This document shows positions 1 to 10,387 of a DNA stretch of 64,000 nt, piece after piece. Below the pieces are notes generated by a model. It made no database searches. It had not been told where the DNA came from and saw only the letters and a list, made by a program, of their open reading frames with translations. The translations under genes and the position numbers were made by a program. The stretch spans positions 110,460 to 174,459 of the forward strand of contig JBNZDD010013603.1 of assembly GCA_050575255.1 (NCBI GenBank), given 5' to 3'. The stretch's first letter is position 1; each line of letters begins with the position of its first letter. Origin of the DNA: Harriotta raleighana. Lineage: Eukaryota.

Positions 1-1049
1 CCACTTCCATGACTATTTGTGGGACACTGGCTGTGAGCAATTTGGCTGCTGCGTTTCGCCCACAANCCTCTTTCTCCCCTAACCCACTTCCATGACTGTT
101 TGTGGGACACTGGCTGTGAGCAATTTGGCTGCTGCGTTTCGCCCACAAATATAGAATCCATGTTTCTACTTTCCTTCCCCTAACCGCTCCCCCTTGCTCT
201 GATCCCTACTTGACAGTACAGCGCCTTGGGACGTCCTTCCGACATGAAAGGCGCTATATAAATGTAATTTTGATTGATTATCAGACTTGTGGCGTAAGGA
301 AACTTGCCCAAGGTATCGCCCTGGCAAGAATCGAACTCAGGTCTCGTGCTTGTAAGGCGAGTGCTCTAACCACTGAGCTACAGGACTCCACACAGATATT
401 TACATTAGACCNATCAGACTTGCGGCGTAAGGAAACTTGCCCAAGGTATCGCCCTGGCAAGAATCGAACTCAGGTCTCGTGCTTGTAAGGCGAGTGCTCT
501 AACCACTGAGCTACAGCACTCCACACAGATATTTACATTAGACCATTAGAGTTTACATTACTTGTGAATTAATTAAACAGGTAAGATTGTGCAGATAGCC
601 TGCACTTGTGCAGTTTGCTCTGATAAGAATCATTAAGAAACCACAAAATTATACTTGTATAGCGCATTTCACGTCTAAAAAAACACAAGGTATCATAAAT
701 AAATGAGACAGACATAAATGAGACTCCCACCACCGAAAAACACAAATAATTGCTGAGTTAATGTGAATTATTCCTTATCGTGTGCAAATCTATGTGTCCT
801 GACAGCCCCAGCAGTGACAGTGACAGCAGTGAAGGCTGTGAATCTTCTCAGAAGACAAACTGCCGAAATGAAAGGCAAAAATCTTATTATTCCAATGGAA
901 CAAAATAAATATATTTAAAAAGTGGCTAAAACCACAGAAGAGAGAGGGGCGGGGGGGGGTCTGAGGCTTGTTCTTGTGCAGTTTGATCCCTGCTAATCCC
1001 AGGTTAGCTACACACCTGAGGCAGACAGACAGACAGACAGACAGACAGG

Positions 1050-1460
1050 CGAATGTACAAACCTTACCTTGGTTTTTTTTAAAAGAAAACTTAAGGTTTT
1101 GTTAAAAATAAAGTTGTGTGTCTTCTTTTTTTCTTCCCCAATTGTAAGTGACCTGTAGATCTCTCTGGAGCCAGCGCAGGGCAGGGAGCTGCTCACCTGT
1201 CAATCATCAGTCCCAGCTGGTGGGGGAGGGGCTGAGCCGAGCCGCCCATACTGCGCCTGCGCGGTATGCCAGTCAGCACACCTGTACCTGGCAGCTCTAC
1301 AGACAGACAGCAGTGAGCGCACAGCCTGTCGGTAGTTGTAGTCCAGCCCCCTTTCCCCCACACCCTCCAGTCAGTGACGCTCCCAGAGAAGCAGCGNGGG
1401 AAGCTTGGCGGACGGGACTTTCAATGGTCAACTACAGAGGATTAACCAGTTTAACTTCCC
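1050..1460. promoter_or_regulatory. GC-rich housekeeping-type promoter, possibly bidirectional
   Basis: ZNF143/SBS-like GGACTACAACTACCGACAGGC (- strand, 1344-1324); NRF1-like CTGCGCCTGCGC (1251-1262); TGACG half-CRE; strong - strand donor AAG|gtaagg at 1068/1067. Confidence 0.6.
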
Positions 1461-1824
1461 CCAAACTTACACCAACGCCCACTCTGGGCTTCCCCAAGCC
1501 TCAGCACTTGCCAACCTGCCAAAACACCCTGGAATTGGGTGAGAAGATTTCATGCCTCCAGGGAGAGATTTTGCTTTCTGTTACAGACACGGACGTTGCA
1601 CATGTCTGGTTTGGATACTGTTCAGCATGTTGATGACTTTCTGCATTATTCAGACTCCAAACTGAGCAAAAAAAAAGTTGAGCTGCACTTTACAATACAG
1701 CATAATGTTAATTTGTTAAAAGATCATGTTAAAGGTAACATACAATCACCAATTAAATATTTCCTTAGCTGATTCTACATATAAGATAAATTTTGCATCT
1801 CTTATTTACTGAAACTCTCCTCTC

Positions 1825-2390
1825 CCAGTTCTGTGATGAGTATTGTTTTGCGTGTATTATATGAATAGCCAGCGAAGAGCACTTAAGTCATAGAATCTTA
1901 CGGCACAAAAGGAGGCCATTCGGCCCATCGGGTATGTGCCGGCTCTTTAAAAAGAGCAATTTAATCCCACTCCTCAGCTCTCCCTATCACCTCGCAAGCC
2001 CGTCCTCCCCAAATAAATGTCTACCTCCCTTTTAAAAGTTGCTATCAAATCGGCCTCCACCACCTTTTCAGGTAATGCATTCCAGATTCGAACAACTCGT
2101 TGAGTGAAAATATTTCTCCTCACCTTCCTTCTTTTTGAAACTATTTTAAATCTATGACCACCAGTAGAAACAGTTTTTCCTTATTTACTCTGTCAAATCC
2201 CCTCATGACCTTAAAAACCTCTATTAAATCTCCTCGCAACCGTTTCTGTTCCAATAAGAATAAACCTAGCCTCCCTAACCTTTCTTCATAGCTATAGTCC
2301 CTCATTCCTGGTACCATCCTAGTAAATCTCCTCTGCACCCTTTCCAATGCCTAACATCCATGAGTAAATAGATTACTCTTGACAGCTTGG
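1825..2390 (+). pseudogene. SNORD45-like snoRNA copy split by a CR1 insertion
   Basis: CAGTTCTGTGATGAG...GCGTGTATTA at 1826-1860 and GATTACTCTTGACAGCTTGG at 2371-2390 flank a CR1 fragment. Confidence 0.5.
1887..2358 (-). mobile_element. CR1-type LINE 3' fragment
   Basis: ORF ERVQRRFTRMVPGMRDYSYEERLGRLGLF...RLRGDLIEVFK (CR1 ORF2 C-terminus) followed by a CR1-like 3' UTR/tail. Confidence 0.88.
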
Positions 2391-2629
2391 TATGTTCATG
2401 TAGCTTTCACTAAACCAATTTGCAGATTGATAACGCAGGCAGCAAACTGGTTTCCAATGAGGATATTCCCTGTGCTAATCGGTTTCCATCTCATAATATA
2501 ACTGAGTCCAAAAGGGAATATTAGGTTATATCAAGGCTGAGGTACAGGATTATTCTGTACTTTAAAGAGAGACCATTGTTAATGGTGTGGGAAGTTGTGC
2601 AGAAGATCTCAGGATCTGTTTCACTCATG

Positions 2630-2947
2630 ATGATAATAATCCTTGCATTTGATATAGCGCTTTTCACATCTTCCAGATATCCCAAAGCACTTCACAGAAT
2701 AACAATAACAACAAAATTACATTTGTACAGCTCCTTTCACGTCAGGAATTCACGTATAGTGAATTGACTATATATTTATGGGGCAAAACGCAGTAGTCAA
2801 TTGCGCACAGCAGTGTCCCACAAACAGTTGTAGATTGAAATGACCAATTTTTTGGGGGAAGGATTATTAGACGTGTGTGTGTATGGAGTAAAGTAACTTG
2901 CCCAAGCTTGTAAGGCGAGTGCTCTAACCACTGTGCTACAGGACTCC
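2630..2947 (-). mobile_element. tRNA-headed Deu-core SINE
   Basis: Head GGAGTCCTGTAGC.CAGTGGTTAGAGCACTCGCC, core GTGGGACACTGCTGTGCGCAATTG, (TTA)n tail. Confidence 0.85.
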
Positions 2948-3369
2948 ACAGAATATGAGAATGTCAGGGTATGTCAGGGTATTGTCACTGAATAGTGAGA
3001 ATATCTGATTATCAGTTCTGTTTTATTTCATCAAATGCTGACAAAATGTTTGTTGAAGTTTACGTTTGTTTTATATCTGCCTCCACAGTGAATACTTATG
3101 AGCTAATGGAGACTCGACTGACCGATAAGAAATGGACATTGCCAGGTGGAAACATACAAGGTTCGATATTGTAGTCACTGAAACTTAAGGCAGTTAAGTT
3201 TAACTTAACAAAGTTATCAAGCGAGGATTCACCATTTTGAAGAGTTCTCACAAATGTTTTAAACAATGTTGAGATTTAAGTGCAAAGTTAACTAGAGGTT
3301 TATTTGCACAAACTCAATGTTTTGTCAATTCTTGGAACTCTGTCCTCTTTCCCATCAACTAAACGTCCC

Positions 3370-3439
3370 AGTTCAATGATGAGCAATATTTCGCATGTAT
3401 TACCTGAACAGTCAGTGTTGAGACATTACTCTGAGAACT
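3370..3439 (+). ncRNA. Box C/D snoRNA, SNORD45-like (intact copy)
   Basis: Terminal stem AGTTC/GAACT; box C ATGATGA 3376-3382; D' CTGA 3404-3407; C' GTGTTGA; D CTGA 3431-3434; D' guide GCATGTATTA complementary to 18S UAAUACAUGC. Confidence 0.8.
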
Positions 3440-3906
3440 TGGCACATTTATATTTGTGGGATCAATTTGTCTGACCAGCAAATGTTTTGCAGTTAGCCTG
3501 TTTTCATTGCAACTAAAGTAATAAACAGACAATCCTGCACCCCAGTATATATGTATCTTAAGAAATGTTTTAGGGTTAAGCAGCCATATCCACTTTAGGG
3601 AATAGTAATTTGGTCAGAACATTATTTCTGTTGATCAATGATATTAATATTACAGAATCCATCAGTTCATGATAAAATACTTGCAATTGATACTTGCAAT
3701 TATAACATCAAATATTTTTGTAAAGTGCAGTGAATTTGTAGCTAGTTTGCAAACAGCAATACCCTACAATCCTCAAAAATAAATTTCAGCTGGAACATTA
3801 CTGGCAGGATGTTGATTTATTAAACAGTTGTGAGGGAGCCATTTACTGTTGTTATTGGGCTGGATGGGAAGCTGTTTCACATTTCACAACAATGAGAATG
3901 TCAGTA

Positions 3907-4283
3907 TGGTAAAACCCCGTTTATCCGGCACCCTTGGGGGTGGGGGGTGGGGTCAACTAACTGACTGCCAGATAAATGGGCGGCAAATTGCTGAAAACCC
4001 AACATTAAAAATTAACTTATTTAAAACATACCTTGTTAATAATAGGCTAAATAGTATCAGAATATTGTATAGATACTTACCATTGAAGCATTCCAGCACA
4101 GTCGGTAAAAAGATCGGTAAAAAAGCATTTTTTATCGATTGGTAAAAATCCAAGTTCGTAAATTTAATAAATGCGCACGCATGCGCAAAGTGAGCAAACT
4201 CGCGATTGCTGGAATGGAGAATTGCCCCAGGAGGGGGTCGAGCAATCCGGTTGATCGGGTCACAGATAAACGGGGTTTTACTG
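3907..4283. mobile_element. Non-autonomous Tc1/mariner (pogo/Tigger-like) MITE
   Basis: TIRs GTAAAACCCCGTTTATC / GATAAACGGGGTTTTACTG, flanked by TA. Confidence 0.85.
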
Positions 4284-5134
4284 TATATCACTGCAAAGTG
4301 AGACTATTTGACTATCACATCAGTATTGTGTTATGAAATGTACACAATAGTTCATTAAAGTTTGCCTTTGTTTTATATCTGTTTGCATAGTGAATACTAA
4401 TGAGATAATGGAGCCTCGCTTGACCACCAATGAACTACCAATGAAAACATGCAAGGTTAGTAATTGCAGTCACTGAAATTTAAGGCAGGAAAGACATTAA
4501 CTTTAGATGTGGAGTCCTGTAGTCGATTGGTTACAAAGGAGAGGGCTTGGGCTTGATCCAGTGCTTTGGGACGACCTCCCAACATGAAAGGCTCTACACA
4601 AATATAATTTTGTTGTTGTTGATTCACTGTCAGGGCAAAATGTTGGGCAAGTTTCATTGCTCTACACGCTTCTGTTTACCTAGCAATAAGTAGGAATCTA
4701 GTTTTTAGTTGATTGGCAGATCACCTATTGGGGGTAATAATTTTTTTTTAATTGTTTACTCAATTCCACAACGGTTTGTGAGAAATTTCTCTGTGCAATT
4801 GGCTTCTGCATTTCGACCAATAAATATACAGGCAATTCACTTCATAGTATGTTATGTGAAACATTTTCAGATGTCTGACAAATGTGATAAGGTGCAATAA
4901 CAAATACAAGGATTATTATAATTATTATTGCTGTGAGGCAAGAATGTGTCATTTTCAAGAGCTCACACAGATGTTGGGAATTAAATGATTAAAGCGTGTT
5001 AACTTGCACTGAATGTTTAATATTTACAACTGTAATTTATTTGGTAACTAGAGATGTAATTCTGTACAGGTTTATCTGTACCACTTCAATGTTTTGTCAA
5101 TTGTTGGAACTCTGTCCTCTTATCAACTAAAGTT

Positions 5135-5210
5135 CCAAGTTCAGTGATGAGCAATATTTCGCATGTATTACCTGAACAGTCAGTGTTGAGACATTACTCT
5201 GAGAACTTGG
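5135..5210 (+). ncRNA. Box C/D snoRNA, SNORD45-like (intact copy)
   Basis: 8-bp stem CCAAGTTC/GAACTTGG; box C GTGATGA 5144-5150; D' 5172-5175; C' GTGTTGA 5183-5189; D 5199-5202; same 18S guide. Confidence 0.82.
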
Positions 5211-7047
5211 CACGTTTATAATTTGCTGCATCAGTTTAGCAGCAAGTGTTTAAAATCTTCATTTGCTGATAGCTGTTTTGCAATGAAACTAAAGTAGTCA
5301 AAATAATGCATTGGTTTGTCAGACCATCCTGCACCTCAGTGCATATCTAATAAACTTTATAGGGTTAAGCACTGCAAACCAGTCCGTACTTTGGAAAATG
5401 GTGGAGTCTTGTAGTGCATTAGTTAAGAGTACTCACCTCGCAAGCAAAGGACCTTGGTTCAATTCCCAGCCAGGGTGAAACAGTGGGCAAGTTTCCTTAC
5501 TTGACACAGGCCCTGAAGTGAATTTTAACGCACATTCATACATATTAGGTAGTGCTGTGAATGTTTAGCCGTTCACAAATTTTCCATGGAATATTTTTGT
5601 TCCTGATCAGATCATGTTAATGTACAGCAGCAAAGAACTAACAGAAGGATACAGACACCACTTGTGACACTGGATACCTGCCCAAGGTTAATGATTTACA
5701 GACAGCTCTGGATTGAAGTGCAGAGTCCAGGATCATGAACAGGCTGTGGCTAGGAATGTGAAAGGTCAGTAATATTTTGTCAGTATTATCTGAACACCCA
5801 GAAACATATTACTGATCTTAATAATAATAATATTCCTTGTAGTTGATATAGCACTTTTCACGTCTTCTAGACGTCTCAAAGTGCTTCACAGAATACACTA
5901 AAGTGAATTGACTATATTTGTTTGCTAAACGCGGCAGCCAATTGCGCACAGCAGTGTTCCACAAACAGATATGGATTGAAATGACCAATTTGTTTTAGTA
6001 TATTCATGTATATTTTACAAATTAAATCAATAATCTAGACATGAAAATGATTTGTAATGAGGATATTGTCTGTGCTGATCAGTTTGCATGCTCATAAAGT
6101 AACTGAGCCCAATGGGGTACATTGGATTATACCCAAGATGAGGTACAGGATTACTCTGTACTTTGAAGAGAGGTCATTTCTTATTAAATGGGAAGTTGCC
6201 TTGAAGAATCCAGTGTCTGTTTCACACTTGATAACATGAGAATGTCAGTGTATCACTGAGAAGTGAGAATATTTCAGTATTGTTTCATGAAATGTAAACA
6301 ACATGTTCAACAAACTTTACATTTGTTTTATATCTGTTTGCAAAGTGAATACTAATGAGATAATGTGGACTAGACTGACTGAGAAGAAATCAATACTACT
6401 TGGTGAAAACATGCAAGGTTAGTAATTCCAGTCATGAAACTTAAGGCAGGAAGGACATTATCTTAAGGTGTGGAACCCTGCAGTCAATTAGAGCACCCAA
6501 TGAGAGGATCTGATTTCAATTCCTAGTTAGGGTGAAACATTAGACAACATTAGGCAACATTAGACAATTTAATCCACATGTCTGTTTGCCTAGCAGTATG
6601 TAGGAATCCGGTTATTAGTCAATTGGTAGATCGTTTATCCGCGGGTAAAAATCCCTATTTTTTTAAAAATCACTCAATCCACATCTGTTTGTGAGATACT
6701 GCTGTGCACAATTGGCATCTCCATATCGCCCATGAAAAATATAGTCAAATCACTTAACAGTATATTCTGTGAAACGCTTTGAGATGTTTCAAACGGGATC
6801 GGATGCTATATGAAAGAGGGATTATTATTTTTGCTGTCAATTGAGGATGCATCATTTTGAAAAGATCACACAAATTTTTTTTAAATATTCAGATGTAAGT
6901 GATTGTAGCATATTAACTTGCACTGAATGTTTAATATTTATAACTGTTGATTTATATGATAACTAGAGGTATAAATCTGTACAGGTTTATCTGTACCACA
7001 ATGTTTTGTCAATTGTTAAAATTCTGTCCTCCTTATCCCCAAAATGC

Positions 7048-7122
7048 CCAAGTTCAGTGATGAGCATTATTTTGCATATTTTACCTGGAGTCAATGTTGA
7101 GACATTACTCTTGAGAGCTTGG
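7048..7122 (+). pseudogene. Decayed SNORD45-like snoRNA copy
   Basis: Box C intact; guide mutated; D' CTGG; D CTTGA. Confidence 0.65.
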
Positions 7123-8449
7123 CATATTAATAATTTGCTGGATCAAATTAAACTTGTCTGAGCAGCGAATGTTTAAAATCTTTATTTGCCGATAACCTGT
7201 TTTACCATAATAATAATCCATGCATTTGATATACCACTTTTCACGTCTTCTAGACGTCTCAAAGCACTTCACAGAATATACTGTATTTATTTGTGGGTGA
7301 AAGGTGGCAGCCAATTGCGCACAGTCTTGGATTGAAACAATCAATTTATTATTGTTTCTATCAAGGGATTATTATCAGGCATGAGGAGCAAGGAAACATG
7401 CCTAAGGTTTCGCCCTGGCTGGAAATGAACCCAGGTCTCTCACTTGCGAGATGTGTGCTCTAACCAATGGGTTACAGAACTCCACAATAGAACTAGTCAA
7501 AATATGACACAGGTTTGACAAGACAATCCTGTACCCCAGCACAGGTCTAATAAACGTTTTAGGATTAAGCACTGCAAACCTATCTGTACTTTGGAGAATA
7601 GTGGAATCCTGTAGCGCATTAGTTAGATCACTCATCATTGCAAGTGAGAGAAATTTAGTTCGATTCCCATCCAGGATGAAACATTAAGCAAGTTTCTTTA
7701 CTTGATACATGCACTGAAGTGAATTTTAGCTAGATTATTGGAGGATGCTTTGTGACTTGTTAAACAGAGGAGGGAGACATTTATACATATTAAGTAGTGC
7801 ATTGAATGTTTTGCCGTTCCAAATGTTTGATTGGAATATTTTTGTTCCTGATCAGGTCATGCTAATTCACAGCAGCAAAGGACTAAATAATGCAGATAGA
7901 ATGTGAGACACTGAATGCCTACTCAAATGATGTACTCAATGTTTATGATTGATAAGACAGCTATGAATTGAAGTCTAAAATCATGAGCAAGCTGTGGCTA
8001 GGAGTGTCAATTCAAATGCAATGCAAGATATGGATTCTGAATTTTGAAATTCAATTTTTTAACCACAATTATCTGATAGGACTTGTGGTTGTAAATTTAT
8101 ATATTATCATTCATGTGGCATGATTCATGTCCACCACCATTGGCAGGTGGGCCTTCACCCTCTCTGCTCCTGAGCTCTAGCCTATTCTACACTTTGCTCC
8201 CCCACCTTGTCTCCAAGAATTATCTCAAGACTTCAACCGTGCAATCGATCACTCTCCTACCTCTCCTGATCCCAATCACCAACTCAGGTGAGGATGCCTG
8301 ACTGTTCAGTACCTTGGGACATCCTCCTGATATGATTCAGTCACTACGCCCCAAAATTCTGGAAATCCCTCCACCTCATCCCTAATCATTCAAATGCCAG
8401 ATCTTGCAGCCATGTGGAGTTGATATTCATGTAGCTTAATCTCCTAAGG

Positions 8450-8782
8450 AGAATCCTGCAGCTCAGTGATGAGAGCACGCGCCCTACAAGTGAGAGACCT
8501 GGATTTGAATCCAGGCAGAGCAAAACCTTGGGCAAGTTTTCTTACTCCACAAGCCTGATAATCTCAACAAAAATTGGTCATCTCAAAAAAAAACTTGGGT
8601 CATTTCAATCCACGACTGTTTATAGGACACTGCTGTGCACAATTGGCTGCCACGTTTAACCCACAAATAGTTAATTCACTTTACAGTATATTCTGTGAAA
8701 CACTGGGAATAATATAGTAGAATATAATATGAGAAGATGTGATAAGATGCTATATCAAATGTTATCAAATGAAAGGATTATT
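8450..8782 (+). mobile_element. tRNA-headed Deu-core SINE
   Basis: Full head-core-tail structure. Confidence 0.85.
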
Positions 8783-10233
8783 GTAAGTATCATTGATGAA
8801 TGCCACCTATCACATTGTGTTTCAATGTTAAGGGATTTTACAGCACTTCAAACAAGTTTTGATTCATCCATATGTAATTGTACAATAAAATCCATTCTCA
8901 ACAATAAAAATGCGTAACCTGAATTGTTCTGAGAAATCATTTCTGCTATCTAACTTATCACACAATGTTAAGTTATTGATGTCGGTTTGTAAGTCCAGAA
9001 AACCTACTCTGTGTATAGATTTTCAAAATATTTTTAGTTTATTAAACTACACATCAAAAGCAACTTTAAGATTAATAATGATATAACTACAATGCAATAA
9101 ATCCACTCTTATGGCTGCATGGCATGCTAGTCACATAACCAAATATCAATTGGGCAGTGAACTTTACTATCAGACATTCATATCAAATATGCCTAAGAAA
9201 ATTAGTTTCAAAATGTTACTTGTACCAATACAATAGATACAAATAGCTTATCTCTTGTGGTCACTTAATGAGCTTTTTTTAAAAAGCTAGTTTGTGCCAG
9301 GAAAGTGTTCTGTTTAACTTCACAGGATGTACATTTAATGCTGAGTGGCTGGGGAAAGATGAGCTGCAATAAAACTTAACACTTCTGTAATGGGGTTAAG
9401 GAGCACACTGAATTTAATCTGAATATTTATTTGTTCAAAAGTTACCTAGTTACATTAGTGTTTAACATGGGTGATAGGATACAGAGGACAGTTAAAAGAT
9501 TCACATAAAAATTGAAAGATGGACAATTTCAGATTATGATTAGTAACAATATTCCATTGAAGTGCATTAAATGAAATGTTTGCTTACATTAAAACTGAGA
9601 TGCAGAAAAACCTAGCCTTCAAGACAACTTTATTATAGTTAGTTTCATGAGAGGATAAAACACCAGCAGCAGATAGCAAAACAGCCCATTGCAATTTTTA
9701 AGCATCACTACTGAATCAATATTTGAGATGGCCCTTAAAAAAAAAGTCCAACCCCATGAAGTTCTATGTAGAGTTTCATGTTTGGGGTATTCAGGACACC
9801 AGTTGGATTCCCCCCAAAACATACTGAGAAATTCCACAACTGTTTATTTCAGCTAGGTTGGTAACATGGAACTCAGGAGACCAAAGCTGAGTTTGCAGAA
9901 TGTGGTTTCTGCTCATAATCAATATCCAAAGAACCTTGTGATGACTTACAGACATGAGAGGATGGGATCTGATTCAGCTGAATCCTCTCCAAAGTCTGAC
10001 AATCACCTGCTTGAGGCATTTGCACCACTTTCAGTGAGAACCAGATATTCACTGAAAGGGCAAAAAAAAAAGGGGGAGGGCAGGAGTTTGAACTCATTAC
10101 ATTATTCTTTAATTTTCAAATCCCAAGTCAGTAAGTTTGCTCAGCAGCACATTCATATCTCAATATAATAAAGTAATTTATAGTTTGTGCAAGAAGTCTA
10201 TTTTAAGGCACAATCAAATGCTCTGTTAGTGAG

Positions 10234-10387
10234 CTAGCATTTGCTCTCTTTCACAGCTTCAATCACTGGACACAGATTAGCTGCATCAAATGAGGTTGGG
10301 TGCCACGTCTTCAGGTCTATTAGAGCCTGATTTAACTTTTCCATCCACAAGTTTCTTTCTTCGATTGTATCAGCAGACAGCCAGTTC
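10234..10387 (-). CDS. ANLN: Anillin terminal coding exon ([20 protein letters not shown]...KESKC*)
   Basis: End of PH domain; TAG at 10236-10234. Confidence 0.95.

Larger units (their letters stand above)
1650..8010 (+). ncRNA. Putative spliced non-coding snoRNA host gene built from degenerate tandem units
   Basis: AG/GT-bounded exon-like blocks at 1654-1734, 3089-3160, 4391-4455, 5611-5764, 6346-6417 and from ~7855, with snoRNAs in the intervening introns; no continuous ORF. Confidence 0.5.

Noticed and set aside
1-545. Direct repeats at the window start
   Set aside because: SINE/L2 fragments duplicated across single n positions (66, 412); likely assembly overlaps
3089-6417. Protein-coding reading of the repeated 72-nt phase-1 exons (NTYELMETRLTDKK...)
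   Set aside because: One copy is frameshifted, the larger block has stops, there is no start context or recognisable homology (not RABGGTB); a non-coding host is more likely, but coding is not formally excluded
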